In this document: positions 8,786 to 17,822 of the stretch, piece by piece | Layout of the letters: the number at the start of each line of letters is the position of its first letter | Numbering within the stretch: position 1 is the stretch's first letter | Source of the DNA: Telmatocola sphagniphila | GTDB lineage: Bacteria; Planctomycetota; Planctomycetia; Gemmatales; Gemmataceae | Assembly: GCF_018398935.1 (NCBI RefSeq) | Contig: NZ_CP074694.1 | Location: forward strand, 6,390,001 to 6,422,000 | DNA: 32,000 nucleotides | Direction: 5' to 3' | Translations under genes and position numbers: made by a program | Notes under the pieces: model-generated | Told to the model about the DNA's origin: nothing | Databases searched by the model: none | Seen by the model: the letters and a program-made list of their open reading frames with translations, nothing else

Positions 8786-9913
8786 CTATTTCTTATCTTT
8801 CTTGGGCACCGGCAATTTGGGTATCATCCAGCCGGGCACAAAAAGATTATTTTTCTCGGCAATTTTCATGATCGCCCTGGGATATTCGGGCCATTTACCT
8901 TCGGCATTTCTCAGCATTTCCAAAGCTTCTTTGCCTTCCGGAGTTCCCTTCTTGGTTTCGATCTCCTCCTCGATAAATCTCTTCACCTCGGCAGGCATTT
9001 CACTTTTGGTCGTTGCTTTTACCAAAGGAGCCGGAGGAGTGATTTGCGTTCTCTTGAGGTATTCCGAAACGGCGACAGCAAATTCGGGCCACTGTCCCCG
9101 GTAGGGTTCGACATCGTTTTTCCAGCTTTTCTTGGCCGTTTTGTCTTTTTTTTCCACCTCCTCCATCATGGCCAGCAGTTTCGAGGGCAATGCCACACGA
9201 AATCGAACCCCATCGTTTGGTCCCGGCAGCAAGGTCCGGTGGCTGAGCATATTTAAGCGAGCTACTAATTCGTATTTCTGAATTTCGTCCCCTTTGCTCG
9301 CGGCCTTACTGAGCTCCAGTAATTGGTTCTTCTGAACGAAATTCACTTGGTTGCTGAGGTTAATTACGTAACTGTTCCAGAGTTGCTTGTTGGCTTCCAT
9401 CGATTCGATGGCGGCCACCATGTAGGCTTCGCTCCAGTGCGTTTGGGCGAAATGCCAGCGTTCTTTGCGGGACTCATCTTCGAGTTTCCATTTTTCCAGT
9501 AACGCCAGGCGGTCCTTGGCGTTGGTGGTTGCTTCATACTCTTCGCGATGGGCCTTGGGAAGCGTCTCTAGCCATTCTCGGGATTTCTGTTCCTTGATTG
9601 CCGCCAGTCGGAATTCAGAATTCGAGGCGGTAATAAGTGCCCGGTTCTTTTCCGGCATCTGTTGAAGCCAGGAAACGTAGCGTTCCATGATCTTCTCCAA
9701 ATGCTGTCGTTCCGCGACAGGAAGTTCGAAGAGTTCCTTATCCAGTTTGCGGATCTGTTCCTGCCGTTCGGGCGACAGACTTTGAAAGATCGCCAGTTGC
9801 TGCCGGAGATAAAGAGGGTTCAGCGCGGCCGTGGAGTTCGTATCGGGGGCGGGTAAAGCCTCGGTTGCCACGAGAAGTGCCAGGGCGGCCGCCAGTATTC
9901 GCCAGGCTCGCAT
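8786..9913 (-). CDS. exported alpha-helical protein (hypothetical), third gene of ECF module 1
   Basis: The 375-aa product has the signal peptide MRAWRILAAALALLVATEALPAP. GGAG sits 8 nt upstream of the ATG, and only 12 nt separate it from the anti-sigma gene. It is charged and helical with recurring W/L-x-LP/SPE-type segments (QSLSPERQEQIRKLDKEL, REWLETLPKAHREEYE). I cannot confirm any family. Confidence 0.65.
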   Translation of the reverse strand: MRAWRILAAALALLVATEALPAPDTNSTAALNPLYLRQQLAIFQSLSPERQEQIRKLDKELFELPVAERQHLEKIMERYVSWLQQMPEKNRALITASNSEFRLAAIKEQKSREWLETLPKAHREEYEATTNAKDRLALLEKWKLEDESRKERWHFAQTHWSEAYMVAAIESMEANKQLWNSYVINLSNQVNFVQKNQLLELSKAASKGDEIQKYELVARLNMLSHRTLLPGPNDGVRFRVALPSKLLAMMEEVEKKDKTAKKSWKNDVEPYRGQWPEFAVAVSEYLKRTQITPPAPLVKATTKSEMPAEVKRFIEEEIETKKGTPEGKEALEMLRNAEGKWPEYPRAIMKIAEKNNLFVPGWMIPKLPVPKKDKK

Positions 9914-9925
9914 GTACTTGCTCCG

Positions 9926-10531
9926 TTATTCTTTTTTGACATTCCCGAAGTATTCGGGCGAGTCCAGATCGTGAAGCGTCTGAATATCGTCGACGTACTT
10001 GTACAGATGCAGGTGTTCTAAAATTCGCTGTTCGCGGGCCACCTGAGCATCCTTTTCCCGCTCGGCCTGCCTGGCTCTATTTGCCAGCAAAGCGCTCCGT
10101 CCGAAAAAGCCGAACGCCAAACCTACTAACACCGCCAAGCTGAAAAGGATGCGCGGAAAAGGTGCCTTGGGAGGAGCGGAAATCGTGGGCACGAAAGGAG
10201 CTTCCGATTTCACCGCGGAAGCGAACGGCGGTGAAGTCTTAGTCACCAGAATCGGTTCGATTTTCGAAATCGTCTTCTCGGTGAAGGCTTTCGAAGGCTC
10301 CACTTTCGGCAGAGTGTCGAGTAACTCCCAGGTTTTTTTGTAAGCTTTCAGCCGTTCCCGGCTCTTCGCATCCGCCTGCAATCGGGATTCGATTTCCTTC
10401 TTCTTCCTGGCATCCAACTCACCATCCAGATAGGCGATCAATTCTTCATCACCTTCATCGGGAAGGCCCTCGGAGTTGGGATTCTGATCATTCTTCATCC
10501 GCATCTCCAGTTTCGGGGGCTCGTTCTCCAT
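9926..10531 (-). CDS. single-pass membrane anti-sigma factor (putative)
   Basis: It lies directly downstream of and overlapping the ECF sigma gene. ATG 10531 gives a 44-nt overlap, and the alternative ATGs at 10504 and 10498 still overlap by 17 and 11 nt. It has an anti-sigma-type N-terminal helix (LIAYLDGELDARKKKEIESRL) and one TM helix (ILFSLAVLVGLAFGFFG). Confidence 0.65.
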   Translation of the reverse strand: MENEPPKLEMRMKNDQNPNSEGLPDEGDEELIAYLDGELDARKKKEIESRLQADAKSRERLKAYKKTWELLDTLPKVEPSKAFTEKTISKIEPILVTKTSPPFASAVKSEAPFVPTISAPPKAPFPRILFSLAVLVGLAFGFFGRSALLANRARQAEREKDAQVAREQRILEHLHLYKYVDDIQTLHDLDSPEYFGNVKKE

Positions 10532-11144
10532 CCATGTAAATGTAGGGTTGTAAAACTTCCCGCAATTTGGCTCGGGCCCGGCTCAAAAGTGACTTCACTG
10601 CCTTGACGGAAAGTTGCATGACTTCGCCAATCTCTTCATAGCTCATTTCCTCGAACTTGTTGAGAATCACGGCGATTTTCTGACGCTCGTTGAGTTCATT
10701 CAAGGCTTCCCGAATTCGATCGGTCAGCTCGGTATGCTGAAGATTCTGAGTCGGAGCCGGGTGTCGATTTTGTTCGAGGCGATTTACCGGGGCTAGATTC
10801 AGAGCCTGGGAATCCGTGGGACCCAGAGGAACCGTATGTCGCTTCTTCCGGTCCCGGATGGCATTGAGTGCCAGATTATTGGCAATGGTGAACAGCCAAG
10901 TGGCAAACTTGGCTTTTGGACGATACTTCTTGCGATTGCGATACACGCGCAGAAAGGCTTCCTGAGCGAGATCCTCGGCTTCCTGTTTGTCCCCCAGAAT
11001 GTGATACATCACCCCCACGACGCGATGCTGGTACTCCTCCACCAGTTCGCCGAATGCGAGCGGATCATCATCTCGGACGCGCAGCATCAGGCGAATCCCC
11101 GGGTCGCGGAGGGCCATCTGTGCGCTGGTGTTACCGATAGGCAC
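10488..11144 (-). CDS. RNA polymerase sigma-70 family ECF sigma factor
   Basis: Region 2 reads EDLAQEAFLRVYRNRKKYRPKAKFATWLFTIANNLALNAIRDRKK. Region 4 reads LNERQKIAVILNKFEEMSYEEIGEVMQLSVKAVKSLLSRARAKLR. The annotated start is a GTG at 11144, with an alternative ATG at 11117. Confidence 0.85.
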   Translation of the reverse strand: MPIGNTSAQMALRDPGIRLMLRVRDDDPLAFGELVEEYQHRVVGVMYHILGDKQEAEDLAQEAFLRVYRNRKKYRPKAKFATWLFTIANNLALNAIRDRKKRHTVPLGPTDSQALNLAPVNRLEQNRHPAPTQNLQHTELTDRIREALNELNERQKIAVILNKFEEMSYEEIGEVMQLSVKAVKSLLSRARAKLREVLQPYIYMDGERAPETGDADEE

Positions 11145-11205
11145 GTTTTAGTGTCTCAAATGACAATCGCCAGGGAAAGTAATTCAATCCATCCTACCTT
11201 AAAAC

Positions 11206-12288
11206 TCAGGCCTTGGCGAGAGTTTCCAGTTCGACTTTCCGCCGTAACTGACCGCAGGCTGCATCGATATCCGCCCCTTTGCGCTTGCGGACTTTAACGC
11301 TGATGCCGGACTGCTTTAGAGCATTAATGAACTGCATTTGAGAATCGGATTGAGGTCTTTGAAAGGGCAAGCCTTCCACTTCGTTCCAGGGGATGAGATT
11401 TACGTGGGCTATGCGGCCTCGAAGCAGCGCGGCCAGTTCCCGAGCGTGCAACGTGCTATCGTTCAGCCCGCCCAACAAAATGTACTCGTAGGTGACCTGC
11501 CGCCCGGTTTTTTCGACGAAATAATCGCAAGCCGAAAGAATATCCGCGATACCGGTTTTTTCGTTGGTGGGAACTATTTTGGATCGCAGTTCATCATTCG
11601 GGGCGTGTAACGAAACGGCCAAGTGGTACTGTTTTCCAGAATCGGCGAGCCGGCGCATCTTGGCCGGCAAGCCCACCGTGGAGATCGTGACATGTCGGGC
11701 CCCGATTCCCAAGCCGTCGGGATTCCCGGCGATTTCCAGGGCTTCCAGAAGGTTATCGAGATTCGCCAGAGGTTCCCCCATGCCCATGACGACAATGTGT
11801 GTCAACCGCTCCTCGGGGCCTGTGAGATTCCGGAGACGGATCAATTGTTCCAGGATCTCCCCGGAAGTGAGGTTGCGATCCACGCCATTTAATCCGCTGG
11901 CACAAAAGACGCATCCCATAGCGCAACCCACCTGCGTGCTGATACAAGCCGTTTTGCGAGGGCTTTCCTGAATCAGCACCGATTCGATGGTGCGATTATC
12001 GCGCAATCGAATCAAAAGTTTGTGCGTTCCATCTGTAGCGACGAGATGTTTGTCGATTTTTGTGCTTAATGGCGCAAATTGTTCCGTCAGCAGCGTTCTT
12101 AAGTTACGCGGCAATTCGCTCATGCTATCGAAGGACTCGGCCCGCCCGGCTACAATGCCGCGCCGGATCTGCTTCCAGCGCATGCTCGGCTGAGACTGAT
12201 TTTCGAGCCAACTCCGGAAATCCTCCGGTTTGGTATCGAGAAAAGCCGGCAAAGGTTGCGGGACTACCATGGGAAGAATCGCGTGCAT
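11206..12288 (-). CDS. rlmN: 23S rRNA (adenine2503-C2)/tRNA A37 methyltransferase, radical SAM
   Basis: The radical-SAM cluster motif is QVGCAMGCVFCASG. RlmN-typical motifs are HIVVMGMGEPLAN and the C-terminal GADIDAACGQLRRK. The product is 360 aa. Confidence 0.9.
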   Translation of the reverse strand: MHAILPMVVPQPLPAFLDTKPEDFRSWLENQSQPSMRWKQIRRGIVAGRAESFDSMSELPRNLRTLLTEQFAPLSTKIDKHLVATDGTHKLLIRLRDNRTIESVLIQESPRKTACISTQVGCAMGCVFCASGLNGVDRNLTSGEILEQLIRLRNLTGPEERLTHIVVMGMGEPLANLDNLLEALEIAGNPDGLGIGARHVTISTVGLPAKMRRLADSGKQYHLAVSLHAPNDELRSKIVPTNEKTGIADILSACDYFVEKTGRQVTYEYILLGGLNDSTLHARELAALLRGRIAHVNLIPWNEVEGLPFQRPQSDSQMQFINALKQSGISVKVRKRKGADIDAACGQLRRKVELETLAKA

Positions 12289-12382
12289 ACTTTTACTTTA
12301 CCCCGCGGAGGCTCAACTTGCCATCGCGAACCCTACCTCTTTTCGGTATAATAGCCGGAACAAACTCTCTGGAGTCGATAGC

Positions 12383-13609
12383 ATGTACCCGCGTACTTTC
12401 TCTCTCCTGTTGATTCTCTTCGGTGCCACGCTTCTGACCGCTCAGAACCCGGCCTCCCAGTCCCCGGGGGACTCTTCCGCACCGGCTAAGACTCAGACTC
12501 CCCCCGCCAAATCGGGAAACGATAGCGATTCGATGAAGAAGGAGTTTAATCCTCCATCAACCAATTATCCCAAGGATTTGAATGGTCGCGGGCCCGAGTT
12601 CTTTGCCCGGGAAGCGCGGGAATCGAATGACCCCAGCATTCGCGAAGCCGCCATGCGAACCCTGGTGGTATTCGGTCCGCCGGCCCGCAAATTCTGTGGC
12701 TCCGCAATTATACACGGTCTGACCCAGGATAAAGACCTCAGCGTTCGCATGGCGGCCCTCTACGCTCTGCAGAATTTGGGACTGGATGAAGATAAAGACA
12801 TTGAAACGGCAATTAAGACTGTCTGCGAGATGCTCCTTTCACCGCAAATGTACACCCGTTACGAAGCCACCCTGGCGATCGCCTCAGTTGGCAGCAAAGC
12901 CAAAAAGGAAGCCCTCGATAAACTGATCAAGCTCTCCGACAAGACCATGCCTTCCTGGCAGTTACGCCGGGCAGCGGTTGCGGCCATCGGTCGTGTCGGC
13001 TACGATGATGGCAAGGGGTTTCCCGATGCCATGGCCTTGCACTCGCTGATTCTGGCGTGCAACGATAGTTCTTATGTCGTTCGCAAAGAAGCCATCCAAA
13101 GTTTGATAATTCTGGCAAAAACGACCGTACCGGCAGTTGATTCGGCCACAGTGGTTCGAACACTCATCAATCGCGTGAAGGAAGAGAAGGACGCGGGTAC
13201 TGCGACCTGGGCTCGGGCGGCGATCGTCTGGTACGAAGGGCCCAAGCTCAAAGCCGATAATCCTCACCTCGTTGCGCTCATTAAACAATTGAAGGATTCC
13301 AATCCGATTCAACGCTACGAGGCCTATTTCGGCCTGGGTACCGCCGGTCGATACATCGGCATGAAGGTGAAGGATTTGATGGAAGCGGTAGAGCAGGAGA
13401 AAGAAGATTCCAATGTAGGGATGGGAGTTTGGGCGTTAGGGAACCTGGGAGCCGCCGGGGAACCCGCACTGCCGTTACTGAACCGAATCGCTTCCACCCA
13501 CAAGAACGAAGATGTCAAACGAGCCGCTAACGATGCCATCAAGTACATTAACGCTCTGAAGGGTACCTCACCGACAACGCCGGAAAAGAAGGATCCCAAG
13601 AAGAACTGA
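12383..13609 (+). CDS. exported HEAT/PBS-lyase-type repeat protein (hypothetical)
   Basis: I chose ATG 12383 because it yields a signal peptide (MYPRTFSLLLILFGATLLTAQNP), and GGAG lies 8 nt upstream. HEAT-like helical repeats recur (DPSIREAAMRTLV, DLSVRMAALYALQNLG, LRRAAVAAIGRVG, YVVRKEAIQSLI, NEDVKRAANDAI). The track start at 12230 would overlap rlmN. Confidence 0.65.
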   Translation: MYPRTFSLLLILFGATLLTAQNPASQSPGDSSAPAKTQTPPAKSGNDSDSMKKEFNPPSTNYPKDLNGRGPEFFAREARESNDPSIREAAMRTLVVFGPPARKFCGSAIIHGLTQDKDLSVRMAALYALQNLGLDEDKDIETAIKTVCEMLLSPQMYTRYEATLAIASVGSKAKKEALDKLIKLSDKTMPSWQLRRAAVAAIGRVGYDDGKGFPDAMALHSLILACNDSSYVVRKEAIQSLIILAKTTVPAVDSATVVRTLINRVKEEKDAGTATWARAAIVWYEGPKLKADNPHLVALIKQLKDSNPIQRYEAYFGLGTAGRYIGMKVKDLMEAVEQEKEDSNVGMGVWALGNLGAAGEPALPLLNRIASTHKNEDVKRAANDAIKYINALKGTSPTTPEKKDPKKN

Positions 13610-13628
13610 TTGCTGAAATTCGTATCGT

Positions 13629-15107
13629 ATGGGTATGTCCAAGAAGCTTTACATAGAGACTGTCGGCTGCCAGATGAACGTTCTGGATAGCGAACTGGTC
13701 GTTGGTGGTCTGCGTCGCGATGGCTATGAACTCACCCACGAAGCCGTCGACGCCGATGTGATTCTGTTCAACACCTGCAGCGTCCGCGAGCATGCCGAGG
13801 AGAAAATCTACTCGGCTCTCGGCCGTCTGGTCGGGCATAAGAAAAGCCATCCCGACAAGGTCATCGGGGTCATTGGCTGCATGGCCCAGAAGGATCAGGA
13901 ACTGATCCGTCGGCGGGCACCTCACGTCGATATGGTTGTAGGAACCGGTCAATTAGGTCAAATTCCCAGTCTGGTCAAAGTAGTTCAAGAGACCCGACAG
14001 CCGCAATACGCTTTAAGTCTCGGTCGGGCGGAAGCCGGCAAAAAAGATGTCGAGGCCAGCTTCGAAAGTTACGATCCGGTTCGCGATCCTTCCATGCGGC
14101 CGACTTCCTTCCAGGCCTTTGTCCGCATACAAATCGGTTGCGATAAATTCTGCACCTACTGCGTCGTTCCCAGCACTCGAGGACCCGAGCAAAGCCGTCA
14201 CCCCAATCAGATTTGGGGTGAAGTCAAGCAACTCGCAGACGAGGGATGTAAGGAAATTACACTTTTGGGGCAGACGGTCAACAGCTACGAGTTCGAGCAT
14301 GGCGATGGCCGCCGCACACGGTTGAGTGATCTGATTGCCGGGATGCACGAAGTTCCGGGCATCGAAAGAATCAAGTTTGTAACCAACTATCCGAAAGACA
14401 TGACCGATGATCTTTTGGATGCCGTGCGGGAATTGCCGAAAGCGGTGAAATACCTGCACGTGCCCGTGCAATCGGGCTGCAATGAAGTTCTGAAACGCAT
14501 GAAGCGCATGTATAGCGTGGAATTCTACCGTGAAATGCTGCAGCGTTGCCGGGAGAAAGTTCCAGGAGTGGCGATTTCCAGCGATTTCATAGTCGGGTTT
14601 TGCGGTGAAACCGAGGAAGCATTTCAGAAAACCTGCGATCTAGTGCGCGAATCCCGGTTCAAGAATAGCTTCATATTCAAATACAGTAAACGCCCGGGCA
14701 CCAAGGCCGACGATCTCTATCCGGATGATATCCCGGAAGAGGTGAAGAAGCGGCGTAATAACGATCTGCTGGCGATTCAGAACGCGAACAGTCTGGCCGA
14801 CCATAAATCCAAAGTGGGCGAAACCGTTTCTGTGCTGGTGGAAGGGCCGAGCAAACTTGGAATGAAGCAGACCTCTGGCCCGATTCAGCTAGCCGGCCGG
14901 TCGATGACGGATCACATTGTTGTTTTTGACGGGAACCCGCGGTTAATCGGCCAGACCATCGATGTAAGGGTGCACGAAGCCAGCCCGTTCACTCTTTATG
15001 GTCAGGCAGTCACTACCGATCTGCAGAAAACCGAAACCTGGAGTGAGCCAGTCAGCTATCCCAAAGATCCGGCGAATGATCGTCGCCTGGGATTGCCGCT
15101 GGTCTGA
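13629..15107 (+). CDS. miaB: tRNA (i6A37-C2)-methylthiotransferase, radical SAM
   Basis: The N-terminal MTTase motif is KKLYIETVGCQMNVLDSE and the radical-SAM motif is IGCDKFCTYCVVP. A C-terminal TRAM-like region (VLVEGPSK...GRSMTDHIVVF) follows. The start may be ATG 13635 (MSKKLY) rather than 13629. Confidence 0.9.
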   Translation: MGMSKKLYIETVGCQMNVLDSELVVGGLRRDGYELTHEAVDADVILFNTCSVREHAEEKIYSALGRLVGHKKSHPDKVIGVIGCMAQKDQELIRRRAPHVDMVVGTGQLGQIPSLVKVVQETRQPQYALSLGRAEAGKKDVEASFESYDPVRDPSMRPTSFQAFVRIQIGCDKFCTYCVVPSTRGPEQSRHPNQIWGEVKQLADEGCKEITLLGQTVNSYEFEHGDGRRTRLSDLIAGMHEVPGIERIKFVTNYPKDMTDDLLDAVRELPKAVKYLHVPVQSGCNEVLKRMKRMYSVEFYREMLQRCREKVPGVAISSDFIVGFCGETEEAFQKTCDLVRESRFKNSFIFKYSKRPGTKADDLYPDDIPEEVKKRRNNDLLAIQNANSLADHKSKVGETVSVLVEGPSKLGMKQTSGPIQLAGRSMTDHIVVFDGNPRLIGQTIDVRVHEASPFTLYGQAVTTDLQKTETWSEPVSYPKDPANDRRLGLPLV

Positions 15108-15980
15108 TCATTCCTCGCGATTCGATCGTCGGCTGACGACGGCCTGATTGACCAGGGAATTCGACGCAGCCCGCGGCGAAGGATCTTTGCCCATGCTCAT
15201 CTGTCGGGCCTCATTTTCCATTCGACCCGCCTTCAGCAGCAGGATTCGCTGTCGACCTTCTTTGCCCTCACCATAAGCGAAGGAGCGATAGCCGACGGTG
15301 TCCTCGCGCAGCGGACTGGTACCGATGATAATATGCTCGTCCGGATTCAAGGAGATCTTCCAGGAGAGGTTCGTCAACTTATTCGACATCTTGCTGGCCG
15401 CCCAGATTACATAGCTGCCGTTCTTACGATCCAGACTTTGAATCTCGGGAGTAAATTCGAGAAGGATTTTGTCTTCCCCGTCTTTTTTAGCTGTGAAAAG
15501 AATGCCGAAATCCGCATCGAAGAAGGTCGTCTTGCCGCCGTCGGGTGCTTCGAGACCCGGAATCAGCAGATCGCACTTGGGTACTGGTTTGCTAACTACG
15601 AGTCGGAATTCGCTATCGAAGTAGAGTCGGCGCTGACGATGGCCGACATCGGTTTGTGGGTTGGCAATCATCGATTGCAAGGAAGAAGGCAGCACGTTTC
15701 CAAAGCGCCCTACGCGATAGCCGTTGGATTCCACAGTGGCGCGTTTTTCGACTTCGACAACCTGCTCGTCGGCGTCCGCCCAAATTTCCTTATCGAGTTT
15801 GAGATCGGCCATCGGCCGTTCGATGAGCGCGTATTCAATGAACAGGGCATTAGGGCCTGACGGACCGGCCGACTGCCGGAAGCGATCCAGCCAATCCGAT
15901 GGCCGAGTCGATTTAGAGTCGAGACAACCCGTAAGGCTGGTGCAGAATAAGAGTGCAGCCAGCAATCCTTGCCAGTTCAT
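15108..15980 (-). CDS. lipoprotein (hypothetical)
   Basis: The 290-aa product has a signal peptide with a lipobox (LLFCTSLTGC). Its stop codon directly abuts the miaB stop. Segments LFIEYALIERP...IW and RQRILLLKAGRM weakly resemble degenerate secretin-like domains, at low confidence. Confidence 0.6.
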   Translation of the reverse strand: MNWQGLLAALLFCTSLTGCLDSKSTRPSDWLDRFRQSAGPSGPNALFIEYALIERPMADLKLDKEIWADADEQVVEVEKRATVESNGYRVGRFGNVLPSSLQSMIANPQTDVGHRQRRLYFDSEFRLVVSKPVPKCDLLIPGLEAPDGGKTTFFDADFGILFTAKKDGEDKILLEFTPEIQSLDRKNGSYVIWAASKMSNKLTNLSWKISLNPDEHIIIGTSPLREDTVGYRSFAYGEGKEGRQRILLLKAGRMENEARQMSMGKDPSPRAASNSLVNQAVVSRRSNREE

Positions 15981-16050
15981 ACGAACGTCCTTGTCCGTCT
16001 AGTGAGGGGTGCAGCAATATCCGCGTTTGCGGCTTCTGTCAATTCCGGAA

Positions 16051-16059
16051 TGCTAGAAT
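16051..16059 (+). promoter_or_regulatory. candidate extended -10 element (TGCTAGAAT) for the rluA-family operon
   Basis: TGnTAGAAT ends 9 nt before ATG 16069, which implies a leaderless or near-leaderless mRNA. I see no convincing -35 element and no SD. Confidence 0.3.
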
Positions 16060-16068
16060 GAGAGTACT

Positions 16069-16794
16069 ATGCAATTTGCCGGCCTTCTCGAAATTGTCTA
16101 CGAAGACAACCATTTGATAGCCGTGAATAAACCGGCCGGCTGGTCCAGCGCGCATTTTGACGGCGAAAATGATTCGTTGGATCAATTGGTGAAGCTGCAC
16201 TTGAAAGAGAAGTACGGTAAACCGGGTAATGTTTTTTTGGGAGTGGTACATCGCCTGGATAAACCGGTGACCGGCGTGCTACTTTTCGCGAGGACCTCCA
16301 AGGCCGCCGCCCGTCTCTCGGAGCAGTTTCGGGAGAACACCATTGTGAAAAAATATTGGGCCGTCGCCGAAGTCGAAACGGGCCAAAAAACTTCTCTCAG
16401 CACTGAGCTTGTAGGGACTCTGGAGGACTGGCTCTTTCACGACGATGCGAAAAAATTGGTCCGCGTGGTGGAGAAAGAGATACCCGGAGCGAAGTTGAGT
16501 CGGTTGCATTACTTTCAAAAAGCGCTCTATCAGGAAAAAATCTTTTTTGAATTGGAACCTCAGTCCGGCCGAAAGCACCAGCTTCGCGTACAACTGGCCT
16601 CCCGGGGTTCACCGATTATTGGTGATCGGAAATACGGATCCCGTTTTACTTTTGGTGATGGAATAGCCTTGCATGCTCGGGAACTGACGTTCATCCATCC
16701 TATTCGGCATGAACCGATAACGCTCCGTGCGGAGTTGCCGAAGATCTGGAGGAGTTCCTTCGCCCATCTTTTACAAGAAGCTAAGCTGCTATGA
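16069..16794 (+). CDS. RluA-family pseudouridine synthase (no S4 domain)
   Basis: The catalytic-Asp motif is GVVHRLDKPVTGVLLFARTSKAA. Further family motifs are NHLIAVNKPAG and GRKHQLRVQLA. The product is 241 aa. Confidence 0.85.
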   Translation: MQFAGLLEIVYEDNHLIAVNKPAGWSSAHFDGENDSLDQLVKLHLKEKYGKPGNVFLGVVHRLDKPVTGVLLFARTSKAAARLSEQFRENTIVKKYWAVAEVETGQKTSLSTELVGTLEDWLFHDDAKKLVRVVEKEIPGAKLSRLHYFQKALYQEKIFFELEPQSGRKHQLRVQLASRGSPIIGDRKYGSRFTFGDGIALHARELTFIHPIRHEPITLRAELPKIWRSSFAHLLQEAKLL

Positions 16795-17822
16795 CTTTTT
16801 TCGATCAGATACTCAAGGCGATTCAGAAAGACCCGGGGAATCGGGGCTTGGCAAAAAATCCAGAACGCAATTTATTCAACCAGTTTCCCAACGATTTCCA
16901 GGGGGCCTGCCAGTCGATTGCCGAGAATCTGAAGCCCCGCATTATGATAGTGACGGGCTTTATCATTCCCAGCGTATCCCCGCCCCTCGGAGAAACCGAC
17001 GGACCGCTAGGCGCTGTGTTTCTGAGCAAGACGTTAACAGAATTAGCCATTCCGGTAGAAATCTGGACCGATTCATTTGCCATCTCGGCTATCGCGGCCG
17101 GTTTGGAAGTCCTGGGACTAAAAGAGGAAATCCCACTGCAAGGAATTCCGACCAAATTGAAGAAGGAGCACTACTCTCGCCTCGATAGCTTCACCCATAT
17201 TATCGCGCTGGAACGAGTCGGCCCGAATCATGTGACCGATTCCATTCGTAATCAGCAGCAGGCGATTCTAGGACACCAGAAGTGGTTGGCGCAAGGTTCA
17301 CCTCAGGCTTCCGCCATTGAGATAGCCGCGTTCGAGAATGCGGTCGAACCGAAAAAACGCAATTGCTGCTATACCATGCGCGGGCAGGACATCACCGAAT
17401 TGATGCAGCCCGCCCATTTGCTGATGCCCGAAGCGGAACAGGAAAAGCGGCCGGTGACCATCGGTATCGGCGACGGCGGCAATGAGATCGGCATGGGGAA
17501 AATGCCCTATTCGATTATTGCCGAGAACATAACGCAAGGCGGATTAATCGCCTGCCGGGTGCCCACGGATTATCTGATCGTGGCCGGGGTAAGCAACTGG
17601 GGCGCGTATGCTCTGGCGGCGGGAATCGGACTGGCTCGAAATGCTAATGCGGTCGAGCTATTTCATGCGGAGCTGGAGAAGGAAGTTCTCGAAAAGATGG
17701 TGCGTCAGGGGCCACTGGTCGATGGTGTTACCGGAAAGAAAACGCCGACGGTCGATGGTCTGAGCTGGGAGCAATATGTGGAACCATTTAATGAGATTCG
17801 AACTATACTATCAGAATTATGA
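16791..17822 (+). CDS. DUF4392 protein (D-glutamate cyclase-like domain)
   Basis: Motifs I recall as DUF4392-typical are VTGFIIP...[41 protein letters not shown] and [16 protein letters not shown]. Its ATG overlaps the rluA-family stop as ATGA (16791-16794). Confidence 0.7.
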   Translation: MTFFDQILKAIQKDPGNRGLAKNPERNLFNQFPNDFQGACQSIAENLKPRIMIVTGFIIPSVSPPLGETDGPLGAVFLSKTLTELAIPVEIWTDSFAISAIAAGLEVLGLKEEIPLQGIPTKLKKEHYSRLDSFTHIIALERVGPNHVTDSIRNQQQAILGHQKWLAQGSPQASAIEIAAFENAVEPKKRNCCYTMRGQDITELMQPAHLLMPEAEQEKRPVTIGIGDGGNEIGMGKMPYSIIAENITQGGLIACRVPTDYLIVAGVSNWGAYALAAGIGLARNANAVELFHAELEKEVLEKMVRQGPLVDGVTGKKTPTVDGLSWEQYVEPFNEIRTILSEL

